Shown here: one piece after another, positions 55,859 to 64,000 of the stretch
Position numbering within the stretch: the first letter of the stretch is position 1
How the letters are laid out: each line of letters starts with the position of its first letter
Assembly (NCBI GenBank): GCA_964016885.1
Contig: OZ024742.1
Location: 33,666,001-33,730,000, forward strand
Direction of reading: 5' to 3'
Length of the DNA stretch: 64,000 nucleotides
DNA from: Eledone cirrhosa
Lineage: Eukaryota
Position numbers and translations under genes: made by a program
Notes under the pieces: generated by a model
What the model was told of the DNA's origin: nothing
Seen by the model: only the letters and a program-made list of their open reading frames with translations
Databases searched by the model: none

Positions 55859-56929
55859 CATACACATACGCACATATATAATACACACACACTACACATA
55901 AACAGATACACACTTATACATACACATGTATACATACATTATGTAGACACAGTGAGTGAAGATCCGAAACGTTCGAGATATAAATAAATATAGTATTTTT
56001 ACCGAGACACGTCGTGTTTCTGCAAACTGATTGATTTAATACAAAATACAGCCATGAGTGTCAACAGCCGACAATAAATGAAGTTTGACTGGAATTTTTG
56101 ACAATTAGATATACGCAGAGATAAAGTCCCAAATAACAGAACTCGAAACACAGTATGATAGATAAGACGAACAGACAAAAGGTGAAACGGGTTTGTAGAA
56201 ATCTGAGGTTTTCTAACACAGTTAAAATATAGCCAGAGAGACAAATTAGTTAGAATATTACTTCCATTTGGAACCGTTCTTTTCAAGTAATCCAATTGTC
56301 CCCGCCAGGCAAGTGTGGTTGGACAAGGTGTGAAATTTGAACACTGAGCGCAGAGAGAGAGTAGATACCGCAAAGCAACTCGTCCAAAGCTCTAAAAATA
56401 TAATAAATACAAACATCTGTCATAAATTGTTTTGTCAAGTCTTATTCTATTGAATTTTCATTCATATATAACTGATTTGACGTTTGTTGTTATTTTTGCT
56501 GTTATTTGCCTACCAGCTCAGCACCGACCTAACAAATCTATGTCCAAAAATGTTACTGCCTTGATCATCCGATCTTTTTGTATGTCCGAGATAACATTGT
56601 CTAATGAGTGTTTCTTATTTTAAGATAGTAGGATGAAAAGCTTGAGGCAGATTTAGCTGCTATTACTAGCAGATCGAGCCTATGATATTTAGTTCCCCTA
56701 ATATATGATGTGTCACAGATCTGAACTGTGAGTTAACCAAATATATCACCAGAAGAGCTAAAAAAAGACGACTAAAAATTGTCAGTAAAATTTGGACATT
56801 CTAGTCTTAGTAATTTCACAACGGACACAATTATTAAATCGTTATCATCTAAGTTGGTTGTAGGCAAAAGTGGATAGTTTGGATATAGAGTGTTATTTAT
56901 AAGCTTAAATTTGTCTTTATTATTAATTA

Positions 56930-57045
56930 TTGATCCCGCCGAGGTTAACTTTGTCTTTCATCCTTACGGGGTCGATAAAATAAAGTACCAGTAATACACT
57001 GGGATAATTGCTGGCCTTGTGCCAAAAGTAGAAACAATTATTAAT
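56930..57045 (+). mobile_element. 5'-truncated SINE
   Basis: family match; ATTATTAATTATTGAT flanks. Confidence 0.85.
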
Positions 57046-58159
57046 TATTGATATTCTTTTTACATGGAAACAAAACCTCAAGTTTAGGGGATGGTAAGAA
57101 CCAACCACATCACGCTGACCCCAGCATTTGATTAGTCTTTTATTCTATCGGGAAGGATGAAAGGCAAAATTGATTTCGGTAGGATTTAAATTCAAGACGC
57201 GAAGAGCTGGAACAAATAACACTCCAGCGATTTCGAACCTGACAAAACTGGGACTTAGAAGGTACCATGACGAGACTGCTATAAGGAACTTTAAGTGCTT
57301 CTTTTTAACGCCATTGTTACATAGAATTAATCTTTACAAAACCATCCCATTAAGGAAATATTGCTGAGAACTTTAGTAATACTTTGAAAGGATTCCTATC
57401 TTATGCTTCTTTATACCTAGTTAGTTTTGAGAATGTTTAGAGTGTTGGTGATTATGGATTAATGTGGGATATTGCCGTAACTGTTGGCTAAACCTAACTT
57501 AAGTAGGATCTGTCATCAGATATTCTTACGCACATCAAACCTTAGCCCCCACCCCAAATGAAACGTTTCAGTGACAACACACTAATTAAATGTTAATGCT
57601 AACAAGTCTATCACGTGGTTTGTCCTTGTGATCTTTAGACTGAATACTGCAAAATTAAGGAAACACTCGTCAGTTCAAATATACTGCAACACTTTAATAT
57701 TTTTTATCAACTAGATATAAACTGAATAAAAAAAACAAAAAACTAAATATGAGATTGTTACCAGGAAAGGAAATATCCTAAGTTTTGGAAAGGGTGTTTC
57801 GTCGGAAAAAATGAAAGGTTAAAATTAGGGAGGAGGGGATTTTGTTCGAAATTGTAGCTATTTTGTTTCCGTTGACAATTCTAATATCTAAAGTGTTACA
57901 ATTTACATAATGAAATGGGCTCGCTCAGTTACGACGAAGAGTGTTCTAGTTGGTCAATCAATGGGATAACATGTTCATTAACGAGGATTAATCTTGTGAC
58001 ATTTGTGTGCAGGTGTTAGTAACCTTAGTCTTTGAACGTCACGTAACACCGGGATAAGCTTTAACCTGATAAATACGTACACTGAGAGCTACCTTCGGAG
58101 ACGTAAGGTTGAACTCAGTCTACCTATTGATCTTACCTTGTTCCAGACCTATCAAGCCT

Positions 58160-58585
58160 CGTAAGTGGGTGTATGGGTGTGTAAGTGTGTGTAAGTGTGT
58201 GTAGGTGTGTGTAAGTGTGTGTCAGTGTGTGTAGGTGTCTCTAAGTGCGTGTAAGTGTGTGTAAGTGTGTGTAAGTGGGTGTAAGTTTGTGTAAGTGGGT
58301 GTAAGTGGGTGTAAGTGTGTGTAATTGTGTGTAAGTTTGTGTAAGTGTGTGTCAGTGTGTGTATGTGTCTCTAAGTGTGTGTAAGTGTGTGTAAGTGTGT
58401 GTATGTGTCTCTAAGTGTGTGTAAGTGTGTGTATGTGTCTCTAAGTGTGTGTAAGTGTGTGTAAGTGGGTGTAAGTTTGTGTAAGTGTGTGTAAGTAGGT
58501 GTAAGTGTGTGTAAGTGGATGTAATTTGTGTAAGTGTGTGTATGTGTGTGTGTTAGTGTGTGTTAATGTGTGTAAGTGTGTGTAT
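58160..58585. repeat. (GTAAGTGTGT)n 10-bp minisatellite
   Basis: direct reading. Confidence 0.92.
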
Positions 58586-58837
58586 GGTAAGAAGATAAAA
58601 CAGTAATATACGAACAAAATAGAAAAGAAAACACCTAAAGAGAGCGGAAGAGGCGGAAACAAACGAGAAGAAAGTAGAAAGATGTAAATAAACAACAGTT
58701 ACCCGTAAATAACCCAAGTGGAGGAATATATACGATTAAAGGGGGTCGTCTGCTCTGGTGAGGAGGTTTAAGAGAAATGTATTATATATATATATAATAT
58801 ATATGTGTGTCTGTGTGTATATATGTATATATATACG

Positions 58838-58874
<37 letters not shown>

Positions 58875-59077
58875 TATACTGTATTATACTGTATTATATG
58901 TATTATATATGTATCACCTGTGCTAGGGTGAGAAATGAAATTCTAATTTTATTTTTAATATTCAGCAAGGCCAGTCGTAACTCGCTCGGTATGCAAATGA
59001 GGCTACTCAGCCAATGTGTACTTAAGAAAATACTATATATTTTCAACTGTTCAACAGACTGGCAGAGATATAGAGTC

Positions 59078-59103
59078 CTGATGAAGGGTAATGACCCAGA
59101 AAC
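59078..59103 (+). ncRNA. hammerhead core in a PLE-like tail, cleavage side degenerate
   Basis: CTGATGA-AGGGTAATGACCCA-GAAAC with downstream AATAAA and microsatellite. Confidence 0.5.
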
Positions 59104-59177
59104 ATGGGCCGTTTGCTTACAAACGAATCTAACATTATAATAAATGTTCGATATAACCCATACGTACATATGTATAT

Positions 59178-59259
<82 letters not shown>

Positions 59260-59851
59260 GTATGAGTGTTTACGTGTGCATACTTACATATATTTATATA
59301 TATACATACGTACTCATACACACGAAATATTTAGGCCGTGTTCTCTTTGAAGATAATCCTAGGACTTTATATATATATATATATATAAATATATATATAT
59401 ATGTGTGTGTGTGTATAAAAATATGTATATATACAGAGAGAGCAAGTGGGTGAGTAGTGAAAGAAAGAGGAATAGAGAGATGGAAACTTAGGGAGAGAGA
59501 GAGAGAAACAGAAAGAGAGGAGAATTGAGTGAGAGACATAAAGATAGAAAGAGAGAGTGAGTGAAAGAAAATGAGAGGGAGATGTTAAGAGGTGGATGGA
59601 GAAAATATAATAACAATGGTATATTTATAATAATAGTAAGTTCTAACAGGCAGAATGCCACACATATGGTGGGGGTATGGAGCAGTCAATTATCTGGACC
59701 CTAGTATTTGACTGGTATTCTATTTTATCGGCCCGGCTGAATGATCAAAGGCAAAGTCAGTCTCGGTGGGTTCTGAATCAGTAGGTAAAAGGCCGTAATT
59801 AAACACCGGAAGGCATTTTGTCCGATACCTTACAATTATGTCTATCGATAT

Positions 59852-59930
<79 letters not shown>

Positions 59931-60146
59931 GTATATATATATATGTACATATATGTATATATATATATGTATATACATATATGTATATATATATGTAGAT
60001 ATATGTGTATGTACATATATGCATATATATATATGTATATAAATATATGTATATATATATGTATATATATATGTATATATATATATGTATATATATGTAT
60101 ATATATATATATATAATATATATATGTATACATATGTATATATATA

Positions 60147-60212
<66 letters not shown>

Positions 60213-60215
<3 letters not shown>

Positions 60216-60754
60216 AGTATATGATGGTGTTTACCGACACCTCATTATGCCGATTGGAGCACTCGACGAAGTGCGCAGGTTGGTTTGGTTACTCCGGAGT
60301 AATGTAAAATAAAATAAATAAGTCAAATATTTAAAATTTGGCTTCGTTTATTACTGCTATAGATATTTCGGTGACAGCCATCTTTGGCTGTGACCTCTTC
60401 AGGCAGTCCGAATTGGTGTGGTAGAGACGGATACACATGTTGTTTAGGTGTTTAACTCCGTCAATACTCCGATATGCCTAGTTCCTGATTGGGTTGTTAT
60501 TTCTCTGTTATTTCTCTGATTCCAGTTCCTCAGTGAAATAATAACCCAACCAGGAACTGGGCATATCGGACCCTGATGAGGTCATAGCCATACAATGCCT
60601 ATCATCGAAATATATATAGCGGTAAATAAAGGATTATGAGTTCATACAATTGACTTATGTTTCGTCACTATTATAACTCCGGAATCTATATCTTCGTTGA
60701 GTGCTCCCTATCCGCAAACTGAAGTACTGGATTTTACCAACACTTTTTTGCTTA

Positions 60755-60757
<3 letters not shown>
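60213..60757. mobile_element. diverged inverted pair of PLE-like ends, each with an HHR, in (TA)n
   Basis: minus-strand HHR at 60352-60407 (ACTGC-CTGAAGA-GGT..ACC-GAAA-TATCTA-TA-GCAGT) and plus-strand CTGATGA at 60573 with GAAA at 60607. Confidence 0.75.
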
Positions 60758-60839
<82 letters not shown>

Positions 60840-60930
60840 GTATATATGTATATATATATGTATATATATATGTATATATATATGTATATATATATATATA
60901 TATATATGTGTATATATATATATGTATATA

Positions 60931-60995
<65 letters not shown>

Positions 60996-61067
60996 GTACA
61001 TATATATGTATATATATATATTTCTATATATGTATATATATATATGTATATGTATATATATGTATAA

Positions 61068-61163
<96 letters not shown>

Positions 61164-61334
61164 AGTTTGGTGTATTTGTGCATTACCAGAGGTGTTATAG
61201 ACGTAAATAAGCATTTATAAAACTGATGATAATACAGCACAGATATGTCAAGCTTTTACTATGCATATGTGTCGATTGCCCTTTTCTTTCATTTACATCC
61301 ACACTAATATATATATATATACATATATGTGTGC

Positions 61335-61400
<66 letters not shown>

Positions 61401-61423
61401 GTATATATATATATATATATATA

Positions 61424-62133
61424 GTTAAAAGAATAGAGGTGTAACACACAAGTTATTATATATTGGTAAACGGAATAGAAAATGCTGACAAATTATTCAC
61501 AGTTGAAAAATGGTTTAATTAGGAATAAAAGAGTATTAGTGATTGTATGGGTTAGTATTTAGTTGTGGTTTTAAGTTTTTAAGTTTTTACCGGTTGCGCA
61601 TTTCTAAATGCTTTTCAAAATTAATTTTGAGATAGAGTGTCCGTGCTGTTTGCTCTGATCTGATTAGTTTTGGGAATTCTACCTGTTTTTATGTTAAAAA
61701 AGTGGCTCCAGCGTTATTTTTGTGTTGCAAAAATGCTTGTGGTCAAAACAATTTTGATTGGTCGGTAGAGGTCATGTGAATGTAAAAAGTTGATTTTGCG
61801 CCAAAATCAACTTTTTACATTCACATGACCTCTACCAACCAATCAAAATTGTTTTGACCACAAGCATTTTTGCAGCACAAAAATAACGCTGGAGCCACTT
61901 TTTTAACATAAAAACAGGTAGAATTCCCAAAACTAATCAGATCAGAGCAAACAGCACGGACACTCTATCTCAAAATTAATTTTGAAAAGCATTTAGAAAT
62001 GCGCAACCGGTAAAAACTTAAAAACTTAAAACCACAACTAAATATTAACCCATACAATCACTAATACTCTTTTATTCCTAATTAAACCATTTTTCAACTG
62101 TGAACAATTTGTCAGCATTTTCTATTCCGTTTA

Positions 62134-62139
<6 letters not shown>
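61424..62139. mobile_element. (TA)n-embedded palindrome with about 340-bp arms
   Basis: arms 61461-61798 and 61802-62139, 3-nt loop, no indels and about 4 mismatches seen. Confidence 0.88.
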
Positions 62140-62183
<44 letters not shown>

Positions 62184-62217
62184 CACGCACACATATATGT
62201 ATATATACGTATATACG

Positions 62218-62251
<34 letters not shown>

Positions 62252-62259
62252 ATATATGT

Positions 62260-62305
<46 letters not shown>

Positions 62306-62629
62306 GTACACACACGCATATTATATATGCATGATATATATATATATGTATGACGAAAGTAAAAAATAAGGAAAATTATTAAAAAGAAACAAATATTAAA
62401 ATCATAACTCCATCCAGTCAATCCCCGCCAAATATTATATAAAAGTGTGTGTATATATATATATATATACACATATATTTGTATATATATATATACGTAT
62501 TTATGTATATAACGTGTATGCTTCAAATTTATAAATGAGTTTTAGAATCTTTGAAATATTTTGCGAGGAGTTTATTTTAAATTTTGAAAATATTTTTCTC
62601 TTATCTTTTATGTGTTGGTGAACGCATCG

Positions 62630-62630
<1 letters not shown>

Positions 62631-62708
<78 letters not shown>

Positions 62709-62930
62709 TATATATACATATATACATATATATATACATATATATACATATATATATATATACATATATATATACATATATATATAAATATATACAAACA
62801 TATATATACATATATATATATACATATATATATACATACATATATAAATATATATGTATGTAGATATATATGTATATATATACATATATATATTTACATA
62901 TATATTTATATATGTATGTATACATATATG

Positions 62931-62964
<34 letters not shown>

Positions 62965-63013
62965 CATACATATATATATATATATATACATATATATATA
63001 CATACATATATAT

Positions 63014-63044
<31 letters not shown>

Positions 63045-63146
63045 CATACATATATATATATATACATATATATACATATATATATACATATATATACATA
63101 TATATATACATACACACACACACATATATATATATATACATACACA

Positions 63147-63199
<53 letters not shown>

Positions 63200-63551
63200 G
63201 TATATATATACATATATATATATATACATATATATACATACCTATATATATATATATATATATATACATATATATATACGCCTATATATATATATACATA
63301 TATATACATACATATATATATATATGTATATATATACATATATATATATATACATATATATATACATACATATATATACATATATATATATACATATATA
63401 TATATACATATGTATACATATATATATACATATATATATATATACATATATATATATACATATATATATATATACATACATACATATATATACATATATA
63501 TATATACACATGTATATATATACATATATATATGTATATATATATACATAC

Positions 63552-63588
<37 letters not shown>

Positions 63589-63594
63589 CACATA

Positions 63595-63625
<31 letters not shown>

Positions 63626-63672
63626 GCATATATATATATGCATATATATATATATATATGCATATATATATA

Positions 63673-63724
<52 letters not shown>

Positions 63725-63769
63725 TATATATATACATATATATATATACATATACATATATATATATAC

Positions 63770-63800
<31 letters not shown>

Positions 63801-63867
63801 CATATATATATACATATATACATATATATATACACACATATATATATATACACACACATATACATAT

Positions 63868-63906
<39 letters not shown>

Positions 63907-63975
63907 CACGCACACACACACATATATATATATACATATATATATGTGTGTGTGTATGTATATATATATATATTT
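62631..63975. repeat. long degenerate (TA)n/(TATACA)n tract
   Basis: direct reading; similar tracts at 29400-29740, 41290-41790, 48690-49050, 59850-60210 and 60757-61160. Confidence 0.97.
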
Positions 63976-64000
63976 ACATGATATAAATTGGACGGATAGG

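Noticed and set aside
62601-63986. Many long YI/HT/CV-rich ORFs here and across the window
   Set aside because: Translations of dinucleotide repeats

Overview
AT-rich, microsatellite-saturated animal DNA with no intact host gene that I can support. The dominant tRNA-derived SINE (core ...ATCGACCCCGTAAGGATGAAAGGCAAAGTTAACCTCGGCGGGATTTGAACTCAG...) resembles octopod cephalopod SINEs, so that origin is an inference. Nearly all long ORFs in the track are translations of simple repeats. Recognisable coding remnants are all mobile elements: CRE-type restriction-like-endonuclease retrotransposon 3' ends (5 copies), CR1 and RTE LINE 3' ends, an internally deleted mariner, and Penelope-like element (PLE) RT and GIY-YIG fragments of Neptune-like and Hydra-like type. 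Non-coding Helitrons and MITEs are also present. The most striking structure is a set of several unrelated short elements sitting inside (TA)n tracts. Many are near-perfect fold-back palindromes (arms of 55-340 bp) and many carry minimal type I hammerhead ribozyme (HHR) cores, which fits PLE pseudo-LTR ends. One non-coding unit (40264-41290) has two HHR-bearing direct repeats 659 nt apart, the architecture of a retrozyme. A second theme is minisatellite arrays born inside retroelements (53, 45, 61, 40 and 33 bp units). All calls were made by eye and coordinates may be off by a few bases.
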